Sequence record: NC_061450.1
DNA: 64,000 bases
Strand: one strand, 5' to 3'
The notes under the pieces: generated by a model
Database searches by the model: none
Seen by the model: only the letters and a program-made list of their open reading frames with translations
Told to the model about the DNA's origin: nothing
Shown here: one piece after another, positions 9,007-17,439 of the stretch
Position numbering within the stretch: the stretch's first letter is position 1
How the letters are laid out: every line of letters begins with the position of its first letter
Position numbers and translations under genes: made by a program

Positions 9007-9750
9007 ATGAGCAACGCGAAATTCCTCATTTCCGATCTACCTCGTACTGCTGACGTTTTATTCAGTCTTGAATTTTTCGTTCGCAATATAAATCAGATCC
9101 AAGATGACAAAATGCTTTTCCACAAGCAGCCTGGTCGTTGGGATAGCCTGAACGAAGCCACGACAACAAGTGACTGGCACTACTTGATTCAAACCCGCCT
9201 CGCCACGTTGAAGCATTTAGTCACACTGCCTCAGCCTACTGCCTTCCGTGACAGCTTTCGACAGTGTGATATTCGTTGGCGTGAAATTCATGAGGCCTAC
9301 TGTGATGAATATCCAGACCGAGTAGATACATTGCTTGCGATGGCGCCCACACCAGCCACAGCTCCTGCGTTCCAGAACGTCGAGTATACGCCTGAGAACT
9401 ACCGAGAGGTATACTGTGCTCAGTTTATGGAAGTTCAAAAGCAGATTGATGCTTACTGGCAGATGTGTGAATTTGAATATTTCCTGATTGGGTATACAGA
9501 AGGGTTTCTTCCAACACCTCGTGCTGATAGTGACTATCCCTATGAGCGTCTATGGTCTAGTGTTCAGAAACTCAGTTATAGACTGATGGACATTATGGTT
9601 GATAGCCGCATTAGTGGTGGCGTTAACGATGTATTACAGCGCTACGGCCGTGACGTTTCCATGCAGCATATCGTCGGTATGTGGAAGCACCTCAACCGCT
9701 GGACTGCTTACTCGGTAGTCCCCCATCAGGAGAAACGCAATGAGCAATGA
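9007..9750 (+). CDS. Hypothetical protein
   Basis: 247 aa; AAGGA RBS. Confidence 0.8.
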   Translation: MSNAKFLISDLPRTADVLFSLEFFVRNINQIQDDKMLFHKQPGRWDSLNEATTTSDWHYLIQTRLATLKHLVTLPQPTAFRDSFRQCDIRWREIHEAYCDEYPDRVDTLLAMAPTPATAPAFQNVEYTPENYREVYCAQFMEVQKQIDAYWQMCEFEYFLIGYTEGFLPTPRADSDYPYERLWSSVQKLSYRLMDIMVDSRISGGVNDVLQRYGRDVSMQHIVGMWKHLNRWTAYSVVPHQEKRNEQ

Positions 9751-10297
9751 AATGGTACCAGGTCTGGCAACACTTATTCAGGCAGTGGCAAGCGCTGTTA
9801 GCTTTGAATGCGACATTACTGATCAACAGTCAGGCAACGTGCCGATGTTCTCTCAGACTGTGGCGTTTGAAAACTTCAAACCTGTGATTGACTACAACGG
9901 CAGCAATACAGAAACCGCACAAGGCAAGCACCGTGTTATGGACATTGTGCTTTATCCTCGTCGCAACTTTGATTATGTTGCAGAGCACAGCCGCACTGTA
10001 TCCGAGCTTGAACTCGAAGCCCTTAAGAAGATCGGCGGTGAGATCTTAGTACCTCTGATTAGTGCAAATCAGATTCATGCAACGTCCCGTAGTTTTGTTC
10101 TGCCTGATGAACGTCCTGCAACTTTCATTCGCGTATTCAGCGCCAAAGACTATCCATGCGATGAGCACCCTGAAATGCTGTTGGGTCAGCCTCTGGGCAT
10201 GTATCATTGTCCTGCCTGCGGTGAAATGCAGATGGCAGGTTGTTTCCACCTTGACCGAGAGTTTGATGATGAAGGTAACCCTACCGATCAGCAATAG
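9740..10297 (+). CDS. Hypothetical protein with C-terminal zinc-ribbon-like motif
   Basis: 185 aa; CDEH...HCPACG...GCFH; AGGAG RBS. Confidence 0.75.
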   Translation: MSNEMVPGLATLIQAVASAVSFECDITDQQSGNVPMFSQTVAFENFKPVIDYNGSNTETAQGKHRVMDIVLYPRRNFDYVAEHSRTVSELELEALKKIGGEILVPLISANQIHATSRSFVLPDERPATFIRVFSAKDYPCDEHPEMLLGQPLGMYHCPACGEMQMAGCFHLDREFDDEGNPTDQQ

Positions 10298-10763
10298 TTC
10301 CGCACAAGATAGTGCTGGTGGCTATTGGGAAGTAAGACCTGATGGTCCATCTGAGCAAGTCATTCGTCAGATCGCAAGTTCTATTATGGACCTTGACGAT
10401 CTCGCCGATGACCTGCACGTCACACTGGCTTATGACAATACCAATCCGCAAGTTGCTGCCGAACTTATGCCTGACGCAGAGTTCCACGCAACAATTAGTG
10501 GCGTTGCTTTGTTTGGTGCTGGTGACAATTCAATTCTGGTACTGTTGTTGGACAGTCCTGAACTCCAGGCTGAGCATCAGCGTATTCATGCGTGCGGTTG
10601 TGCCAAGTTCGATCACAGCCCATACAACCCCCATGTAAGTATCAAGAAAGACGCTCAACAGCGTGACTTGGACTTTCTGCAGGATTGGTTGCTTAAGCCA
10701 GGCACTCCTCCGATTGACTTGCTGTTCACTGGTCAGCGCCGTGAACACTTGGATGCGGAATAG
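10266..10763 (+). CDS. 2H-phosphoesterase (T4 gp57B/Acb1-like or 2'-5' RNA ligase-like)
   Basis: Two HxT/S motifs: LHVTLAY and PHVSI; N-terminal GGYWEVRP resembles GLYVAAK of T4 57B; start uncertain (ATG 10266/10269). Confidence 0.75.
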   Translation: MMKVTLPISNSSAQDSAGGYWEVRPDGPSEQVIRQIASSIMDLDDLADDLHVTLAYDNTNPQVAAELMPDAEFHATISGVALFGAGDNSILVLLLDSPELQAEHQRIHACGCAKFDHSPYNPHVSIKKDAQQRDLDFLQDWLLKPGTPPIDLLFTGQRREHLDAE

Positions 10764-10771
10764 TAATATAT

Positions 10772-10797
10772 AACGGTGGCCCTGTGCCGCCGTTTTC
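10772..10797 (+). terminator. Intrinsic terminator
   Basis: AACGGTGGC-CCTGT-GCCGCCGTT followed by TT. Confidence 0.6.
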
Positions 10798-10816
10798 ACA
10801 TTCTAGGAGAAATTCT

Positions 10817-11131
10817 ATGGAAATCATTATCAGCCTCAGCAACACAGAACTGAATGCAGCTCCTGACCTGACTCCGCAAGCCCGTGCAGCCAACGACCGC
10901 GCTGAGCGTGAACGCCTTGAACTGGAGTACGCTGGTCAAGATCTCACAGACAAAGAGATCAAGAAACGGGAAGAAGAACAGAAAGAACTGGAAGAACAGC
11001 GCAAGAAAGATGACCCCGCTGCCCTGCCTAGTGAAATGCCCCAAGACATTGGACTGCCTAAATTCAAAGAAACAGACACCGCCACCAGCATCACAAACAG
11101 GCACGACAATTTGCCAGACGCCAAGATCTAA
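10817..11131 (+). CDS. Small charged protein with MEIIISLS leader
   Basis: TAGGAG RBS, ATG 10817; coiled-coil-like E/K-rich centre. Confidence 0.75.
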   Translation: MEIIISLSNTELNAAPDLTPQARAANDRAERERLELEYAGQDLTDKEIKKREEEQKELEEQRKKDDPAALPSEMPQDIGLPKFKETDTATSITNRHDNLPDAKI

Positions 11132-11133
11132 AA

Positions 11134-11142
11134 CTGTAAATA
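11134..11142 (+). promoter_or_regulatory. CTGTAAATA motif upstream of sigma-like gene
   Basis: Recurrent gene-junction motif. Confidence 0.45.
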
Positions 11143-11181
11143 TGCTACAACGAAAAGCACATTGCAAAAGGCATCTGTCGT

Positions 11182-12225
11182 ATGAAGAATAAGTCCAATC
11201 TCACAGGTGGCCAGATAGAAAACGTTATGGACACGCTGCTCCACGATTGTCTTCGCGAGATTGTTGAGAACACCGGCGTGTTCGACGTACAACTGACCTA
11301 CCTGCTGAGCTTGATTACATCAAACAAGAAGCGCAAGCCGCACAACGCTGCTAACCGTGACCGAGCAATCAGCCTTTTGATTCGTGCATTGAGTGTGCCT
11401 CGTGATCAAAAGATGCAGTACATTATGGAAGTGAAGATGGAAAGAAATTTCATCTACATGTTCCTGCAAAATGTAATTAACCGTTACTACCACCCATACG
11501 TAGACTTGTACCGCAAATATCTTGTTGTGCAAGACCCTGACCAACGTCGTCGCTATCAGGCACAGCTTGATGCCTATGTGCGTACTGTGGGTGCTGAGTC
11601 ACGTTCAAAGTTGTTTGTGGCACTCAACAACCTAAACGATCTCCTGCCTGTGTTCATGAGTTATTTCCACACTGTGGTAGATGACTTTTATCGCCTTTGC
11701 ACACAGCACGCAAAATTCTATGTTGATACCAATAGAGGCAAGCAGTATGACTCTAAGGACGTGCGCCAGAACTTCCTGCGCAACGTTATCATTGCTATCA
11801 ACAAGTATGACTCCAGTCGCGGTGCGATTGTGAGTTACGTCAAGTGGTGGATTCTGAATGCTCAAACGTGTAGCAGTTCAGAGCATGAGTATGGCATTGC
11901 CTATACCATACCTCAGACCCAGCGCAAGAAACTTGCGTCAGGGCAGGACACCACGTCAGTGAATTTCTCGGTTAGTCTTGACGCTCCCGCATCTGAGTCC
12001 GATGAAGGGATGGACGCATCGCTGCATCACAAGGTAAGTGATAGTCACCACCTTGAAGACACAGTGGACAGCGGACGACGTGCTGAGAAAATTGGGCTGT
12101 TGATCAAACGCATCGATCCCATGGGCATCGCCCGCCTCACAATGGATATACCTGAGGTGTTCGAGCCAGAAGAACGACAACACATGCGAAATCACATGCT
12201 CAAACAGGGCCTGTTAAACAAATAG
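11182..12225 (+). CDS. Phage RNA polymerase sigma factor, sigma70-family region 2/3-like
   Basis: AINKYDSSRGAIVSYVKWWILNA resembles sigma70 region 2.3-2.4 (AVDKF..RRGYKFSTYATWWIRQA); VSLDAP resembles region 3.2; no clear region 4 HTH. Confidence 0.7.
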   Translation: MKNKSNLTGGQIENVMDTLLHDCLREIVENTGVFDVQLTYLLSLITSNKKRKPHNAANRDRAISLLIRALSVPRDQKMQYIMEVKMERNFIYMFLQNVINRYYHPYVDLYRKYLVVQDPDQRRRYQAQLDAYVRTVGAESRSKLFVALNNLNDLLPVFMSYFHTVVDDFYRLCTQHAKFYVDTNRGKQYDSKDVRQNFLRNVIIAINKYDSSRGAIVSYVKWWILNAQTCSSSEHEYGIAYTIPQTQRKKLASGQDTTSVNFSVSLDAPASESDEGMDASLHHKVSDSHHLEDTVDSGRRAEKIGLLIKRIDPMGIARLTMDIPEVFEPEERQHMRNHMLKQGLLNK

Positions 12226-12229
12226 GAAT

Positions 12230-12238
12230 CTGTAAACA
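12230..12238 (+). promoter_or_regulatory. CTGTAAACA motif upstream of SSB gene
   Basis: Recurrent gene-junction motif. Confidence 0.45.
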
Positions 12239-12277
12239 GTAGCACAAGCAGATTCTACTCAATATTGAGGATTTAAG

Positions 12278-13561
12278 ATGGGACGCGGATTTGATTCCAT
12301 TCCAGACAAGAGCAGCCGTGACAATGTACGCGAAACTGACTTGTTCGAGGTTTATCAGTTAAACAAGAAAGCGAAAGACACGTGGGTAACTCTGCGTTTC
12401 CTGCCCGGTGATCTGTTGCCTATCAAAAAGCACTGGATCAAAATCATGGGCGGCAAAGACAAAGACAAGGAACTCAAGATTCCTCGTATGTGCGTCTCAT
12501 TCGACCCAGACAGTGCCAACAGTAAAGAACCTCTGCGTGGTATGAAGTGTCCGTACTGCGCTCTTGAACACGGAAACGATGAGTCAGGAGCACCAGCACA
12601 GTACGACTTCAAATGGTGGACTCAGGCGATTGTACGTGACGAGCAGGCCAGCGCTCCACGCAAGCAGCCGAAGCGTACCAAGACTGAACAGAAGACAGGC
12701 AAGAAAGAAAAGACCAGTGATAGCTGGACGCCTGTGTACTGCATCCCACTGACCAACAGTCAGGCTGGCATGATTCGAACCATGGGCGAACGTAACTTCG
12801 CTATGGTCAAAGACAAGAAGTCTGGTCAGAAAATCAAAACTCAGTTCCCGATCACTGACGCTAAGTACGGCCTGGATATTGATATCAAATATGTTCCAAG
12901 CAACCCGCCGACCAACCGTTATGTGATGGAGAAAGGCGAACGTACCCCACTGACCGAAGAAGAACGTGATTACCTCACGTGGAACTTTGATGATTGGGAA
13001 GGCATCTATGATGCGCTGGGTCGTCTGAACGAAGCTGACGCCATGACCGACTTCAAAAAGATGGACGTGATCGGCACCAACTCTGATTCAGACGATGATG
13101 ACGATGACGATGATGACAGCATGAGCCTCGGCAAGAAAAAGAAAGGCAAAGGCAAAGACTCATCGGCCAAGTCTGGTAAAAAGCGTCGCGCCCTCGATGA
13201 TGACGAGGACGATGATGACGACGACGAAGACGAAGATGATCGTCCGTCGAAAAAGAAAAAGGCCACCAAGTCTAAGCGCCTGCTGGACGATGATGAAGAT
13301 GACGATGATGACGATGATGAGGACGAAGATGATCGTCCTAAGAAGAAGAAAAAGTCTTCTGGTAAATCATCCAAGTCTTCCAAGTCCGTCAAAAAGAAAA
13401 GCAAGCGTGACGACGACGATGAAGACGACGAAGATGATGAAGACGAAAAGCCGAAGAAGAAAAAGAAATCTTCGGACAAGTCGTCTAAGTCTTCGGTGAA
13501 GAAAAAGAAAAAATCTTCTGATGACGACGAGCCTGTCAAAAAGAAGAAAAAGAAAAAGTAA
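12278..13561 (+). CDS. Putative single-stranded DNA-binding protein (gp32-like) with long acidic/basic disordered tail
   Basis: VTLRFLPG and CPYC motifs; directly upstream of RecA/UvsX; C-terminal ~160 aa of alternating D/E and K blocks. Confidence 0.6.
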   Translation: MGRGFDSIPDKSSRDNVRETDLFEVYQLNKKAKDTWVTLRFLPGDLLPIKKHWIKIMGGKDKDKELKIPRMCVSFDPDSANSKEPLRGMKCPYCALEHGNDESGAPAQYDFKWWTQAIVRDEQASAPRKQPKRTKTEQKTGKKEKTSDSWTPVYCIPLTNSQAGMIRTMGERNFAMVKDKKSGQKIKTQFPITDAKYGLDIDIKYVPSNPPTNRYVMEKGERTPLTEEERDYLTWNFDDWEGIYDALGRLNEADAMTDFKKMDVIGTNSDSDDDDDDDDDSMSLGKKKKGKGKDSSAKSGKKRRALDDDEDDDDDDEDEDDRPSKKKKATKSKRLLDDDEDDDDDDDEDEDDRPKKKKKSSGKSSKSSKSVKKKSKRDDDDEDDEDDEDEKPKKKKKSSDKSSKSSVKKKKKSSDDDEPVKKKKKKK

Positions 13562-13571
13562 TGTGACCAAC

Positions 13572-13602
13572 AGGGGTGGCTTATCGCCGCCCCTTTGTTT
13601 TT
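13572..13602 (+). terminator. Intrinsic terminator
   Basis: AGGGGTGGC-TTATC-GCCGCCCCT then TTGTTTTT. Confidence 0.75.
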
Positions 13603-13623
13603 CTCAACAGAGTAATCTACGAC

Positions 13624-16185
13624 ATGGCTAAAGCTAAAGCGAAAGCAGAAAAAGAACCGAAAGACAAAAAGACTAAAAAGCCCAAAAAGACGGCTGTGGC
13701 AAAAGCAATCGAACAAGATCAGATTGAATCGGTGAGCCGTGTTGTTGGCTTTGATATCGGCAGTCTGATGGACGATGAGCTGGACTTCATCGAGAAGAAA
13801 GTAAAAATCAGTTCGCAGGACGCAGCACGCTTTGCATTGCGTGTATCAACAGGTCAGCTTGCACTTGATATGTTCCTCAGTGGCGGCATTGTGCCTGGTG
13901 GCTGGTACACGTTCAGTGGTGGTGAGCAGTCCTGTAAATCAACGTTGACCATGAGCATCATGGCAAGTCTGATCAAGTTGTCCTACACTGGTATCAGTGC
14001 CGTGTTCGACTACGAAGGTTCAACTGATGCAGAGTATGTTGCTGGTCAGCTCAAAACGTTTGGCGTTAGTGTTGATGCCAAAACAATCTTTGGTGTGCGT
14101 GATCCAGACGATGAAAAACGCTGGCTGATCAAACCAAAAATCCGTTACTATGCGCCTGAGAACGGTACGCGCTTCTTTGACTTTATGTCCATGTTGCGTC
14201 GTCGTCTTCCCAAGAAGATTGTGGAGAAAGACGGCAGTGCCTGGCTGTACTTTGAGAACACCAAAGAGAACGCCAAGAAAGTTGCTGGCCATTACGACAA
14301 GAAGTGGTTCAGTGCGCACAACGAATTTAAAGTCCCTGCGTCTGACGGTCACATGCAGGCAATTGCGATTGTTGACTCCTATCCTGCAATGCTGCCTGAT
14401 CAGCTTGACGATGATGAAGGTTCAAACGCGATGGCTATTCAGGCGCGTATGTTCAGTGACGGCATCAAGCGTTTCCGTGGCGGTATGCGTAGCAAGATGA
14501 TCACCGTTGTTGGCGTTAACCAGTTGCGTCAAAAGCCTGCGACAATGTTCGGTAGCCCTGAGTATGAGCCTTGCGGCGATGCGTTGAAGTTCTATTGCTT
14601 TGATGAAGCAACTCAGATTCGTACCAACTATGGCACGCTGACTGCGCCTCAGATTCAAGATATCCTCGATAACCCAGACAAGCAGCATGGCTGTCCACTG
14701 CTGGTGGAAACACAGCACGGCTTTGAACCTATCATGAAAGCGTGGCAGGTAGAAGAAGACCGTCTTGTCATGAGCCTTGAGACTGCCAGCCGCAGCTACG
14801 TGGGCAGCGATCAGCATCGCCAGTTGGTGTTTATTCACGATATCACTGAGGCTGATGAGCCTGCATTACGCACAGAGTTCCGTACTCTGGCACAGATTGC
14901 AGCACAGCAGGCTTATCGTGAAATCTATGCGGTCATGCGTATCCCAAGTCCTGGTGAGATTCGTCTGCATGGCGCTAAAGAAGCTGACGCATCAAGCCGC
15001 TATGTTCTCCAGTTCCTGCGTGATGCCGCGCGTAGCAATATGATCAACGTTGCAGAGGGCTATCAGGTTGTTTGCACTGATATCGTGACCAACGAAGGTC
15101 ACCAGCAAGCTGTTATCAATAGCTTGGCTGACGTTGGTGTTATTGCACAGGCAAGCGGCAGTGATTCTGTTGTCGTGCCTGGCCTTAGCTTTGCAACACT
15201 GCGTAATATTCTCAATGACCGTTGCGCTACAGAGAAGTCACAGCTGGTACAACGCAGCGTGATGTTCCACTTGGCAATCAATGATGTGTTCCCAGATCTC
15301 AGCCGCTTTGTTGCCGAATATAACAAAGAAGTTAACGCTGATGAGGCGTCTTACTTCGGCGCTGATGGTGTTGAAGATCAATTCCTGTATCTGGCCGATG
15401 ACACAACTGTGGAATTGGCTCTGCATGGCCTGCTGCAACGCAGTATTGTTCCTCAGCATTACGACAACTACGAAGAAATCAGTCGTCAGGCTGCATACAT
15501 TGAAGACTTGATTACCTTCGAAGGTCAGAGTTTCCCTATCTCCTGCCGTGTGCGCACTGTGGAGAAAGAGATTGCTGAGCAGACTCGTCTGTGGGATGTT
15601 ACTGTTCCGGCCACCAGCATCATTGTCACCAACGGTTTTGTCAGCCACAACAGTGATGTGCGTATTCGTTTGGCATCGCGTGCTGTGCCTGCTGGCTGGC
15701 CTACGCTGAAAGATGAGCGTGGTATTGTCGGTGAGAAGTCTGTAACAGTTGAAGGCGGTGTTGACCGCTATCGCTTCATCGCAGCCAAGACCATCAAGAA
15801 CAAGATGGGTGGTATCCCTAACCAGCAGACGTGGATGCGACTGTGGGAAGCTGATGGTAATGGTGAAGCGCGTGGCTTTGACCCTGTGTTTGACACATGG
15901 CACTACCTGAAAACTCTGGGCCTGATCAGTGGTGTGCGTAAGCGCTTCAAAATCAAAGCGCCATGCCCACTTGCCTCAGACAAGCCTATGGATTGGGATC
16001 AGTTCCGTACGCTGATCAACGGCAGCAAGAAACAGATCGCAGAAGTGTGTGGCCAGCTTGGTGTTAAACCTGCGGGGCTGCGTGCGTGGTGCTTCAAATT
16101 CATTGTCAGTGACAAAGGCAGTGCTATGCTGAAAGACAGTATCAGCCATAGTGCCAAAGCTGGTGACGACGAAGGCGAAGACTAA
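13624..16185 (+). CDS. recA: RecA/UvsX-family recombinase, intein-containing
   Basis: Walker A variant SGGEQSCKST, Walker B IVDSY, QARMFS, VNQLR, MFGSPE, ALKFY, IKNK; start ATG 13624 (MAKAK). Confidence 0.9.
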   Translation: MAKAKAKAEKEPKDKKTKKPKKTAVAKAIEQDQIESVSRVVGFDIGSLMDDELDFIEKKVKISSQDAARFALRVSTGQLALDMFLSGGIVPGGWYTFSGGEQSCKSTLTMSIMASLIKLSYTGISAVFDYEGSTDAEYVAGQLKTFGVSVDAKTIFGVRDPDDEKRWLIKPKIRYYAPENGTRFFDFMSMLRRRLPKKIVEKDGSAWLYFENTKENAKKVAGHYDKKWFSAHNEFKVPASDGHMQAIAIVDSYPAMLPDQLDDDEGSNAMAIQARMFSDGIKRFRGGMRSKMITVVGVNQLRQKPATMFGSPEYEPCGDALKFYCFDEATQIRTNYGTLTAPQIQDILDNPDKQHGCPLLVETQHGFEPIMKAWQVEEDRLVMSLETASRSYVGSDQHRQLVFIHDITEADEPALRTEFRTLAQIAAQQAYREIYAVMRIPSPGEIRLHGAKEADASSRYVLQFLRDAARSNMINVAEGYQVVCTDIVTNEGHQQAVINSLADVGVIAQASGSDSVVVPGLSFATLRNILNDRCATEKSQLVQRSVMFHLAINDVFPDLSRFVAEYNKEVNADEASYFGADGVEDQFLYLADDTTVELALHGLLQRSIVPQHYDNYEEISRQAAYIEDLITFEGQSFPISCRVRTVEKEIAEQTRLWDVTVPATSIIVTNGFVSHNSDVRIRLASRAVPAGWPTLKDERGIVGEKSVTVEGGVDRYRFIAAKTIKNKMGGIPNQQTWMRLWEADGNGEARGFDPVFDTWHYLKTLGLISGVRKRFKIKAPCPLASDKPMDWDQFRTLINGSKKQIAEVCGQLGVKPAGLRAWCFKFIVSDKGSAMLKDSISHSAKAGDDEGED
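14596..15651 (+). mobile_element. Intein in RecA (352 aa) with apparently degenerate endonuclease region
   Basis: Starts at Cys (KFY|CFDEATQI), ends VTNGFVSHN|S; removal restores ALKFY-SDVRIRL, collinear with RecA ALKFYASVRLDI. Confidence 0.9.
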
Positions 16186-16225
16186 TCGTGTGGGCATGGA
16201 TGCCCCAACAACTAAGGAGTAACTT

Positions 16226-16606
16226 GTGGGAAATATCTATCCTGACCAGATTGGCTATATCGGCACCATCAAGCAAAGCCTTGACCAAGGTGCTGTGCGG
16301 CGTGACCTGACGATTCGCACGATGCTTGACGCTGAGCAGGCGATTGACCTTGGTCCTGATTACAAAGGTAGCAAAGTGTTCATCATCGGTATGAACGTTA
16401 TGCCTAAAGTGTATGACTCATTGGTCAATCACTTTGACCCGTGTGAAGTAGTAGCAGATGTTGAGCGTGGTTATCTCGGCAAAGTGCTGGGTCTGCCTGT
16501 GCTGGCTTCTGGCAATGTACCGCCTGACAGTGTGAGTTGTGCTCTGTTACTGCCTGACGACGATGATGTTTATATCATCGGTGCCGTGTTGTCCGTAGTA
16601 GTCTAA
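16226..16606 (+). CDS. Hypothetical protein resembling a capsid-protein P-domain segment
   Basis: AAGGAG RBS, GTG start; FDP...RGYLGKVLGLPVLASGNVP. Confidence 0.6.
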   Translation: MGNIYPDQIGYIGTIKQSLDQGAVRRDLTIRTMLDAEQAIDLGPDYKGSKVFIIGMNVMPKVYDSLVNHFDPCEVVADVERGYLGKVLGLPVLASGNVPPDSVSCALLLPDDDDVYIIGAVLSVVV

Positions 16607-16652
16607 ATCCAAATCAATCTATCTCGATAGCCCAAAGTGGCAGGAGAATTTT

Positions 16653-17393
16653 ATGAACGTAATCCAAGTCAAATCAAATGAAGTCCTTGAAGGCATGTTG
16701 CACGGCTTTATGCACAAGGGTGTCGCCGACGAAGCCCACACGCATTCTCCTCCTGATGTGGTTTATATCAGCACAAGTGACCGTGCCGCTGAGTTTGAAG
16801 TTCGCGGCATTCTGCGCAAGAACAACGTGCCCAACAACTTTTTAGTATCTGGCTACGGTAATCTGTTGTACAAGATCAGAGGCAGAACGTTGGGCAGCGT
16901 TGTTGTATTTGTGTCTCCCGAGTGTTTGCACGTTGACCGTGATTTGATGACAGGATGTCTGGCTCAACTTATTGAGCACAACACATCGGTAGGCTCTCAG
17001 TGGGTTCGAGAATCTTCTATGGTGATTCATGGTCCAAGCAGTGCCGTTATGGTTGAAGGGCTGCAGGCTCGTTTGTATCGGAACTATCTCGAACGCAACC
17101 CAATGTTCTATGCAGGCAGCACGGACCTTGAAAGCAATATCACCATGCAAGAATTCCATGACTTGATGGAAGAAACAAGTCTGTTGAAGTCACCTATGGA
17201 GAAGCAGATTCTGGCTTCGTATTATTTTGGTGATGAGTTTATGCAGCTAAACACCAAGCAGTTCTATAATGACCTATGCACTCTCCATCAGCGTATGCCT
17301 TCTCCTAATAGTTTGGTACTTAGTCCTAAGTTGATGTATCATGTGTACTGTCAGCGTATTTCATATCTGCGTCCTATGATTGCAACACTGTAA
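16653..17393 (+). CDS. Hypothetical protein
   Basis: 246 aa; CAGGAG RBS. Confidence 0.8.
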   Translation: MNVIQVKSNEVLEGMLHGFMHKGVADEAHTHSPPDVVYISTSDRAAEFEVRGILRKNNVPNNFLVSGYGNLLYKIRGRTLGSVVVFVSPECLHVDRDLMTGCLAQLIEHNTSVGSQWVRESSMVIHGPSSAVMVEGLQARLYRNYLERNPMFYAGSTDLESNITMQEFHDLMEETSLLKSPMEKQILASYYFGDEFMQLNTKQFYNDLCTLHQRMPSPNSLVLSPKLMYHVYCQRISYLRPMIATL

Positions 17394-17399
17394 ACAATG

Positions 17400-17428
17400 A
17401 GAGCGGCTTCGGTCGCTCTTTTACTTTT
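17400..17428 (+). terminator. Intrinsic terminator (UUCG hairpin)
   Basis: AGAGCGGC-TTCG-GTCGCTCT-TTT; preceded by CTGTAAACA (17388-17396). Confidence 0.75.
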
Positions 17429-17439
17429 AAGGACTAAAC

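Noticed and set aside
13006-13716. Poly-Ser/Phe and Met/Thr-rich alternative-frame ORFs over the SSB tail and acidic genes
   Set aside because: Artefacts of GAY/AAR low-complexity codon runs
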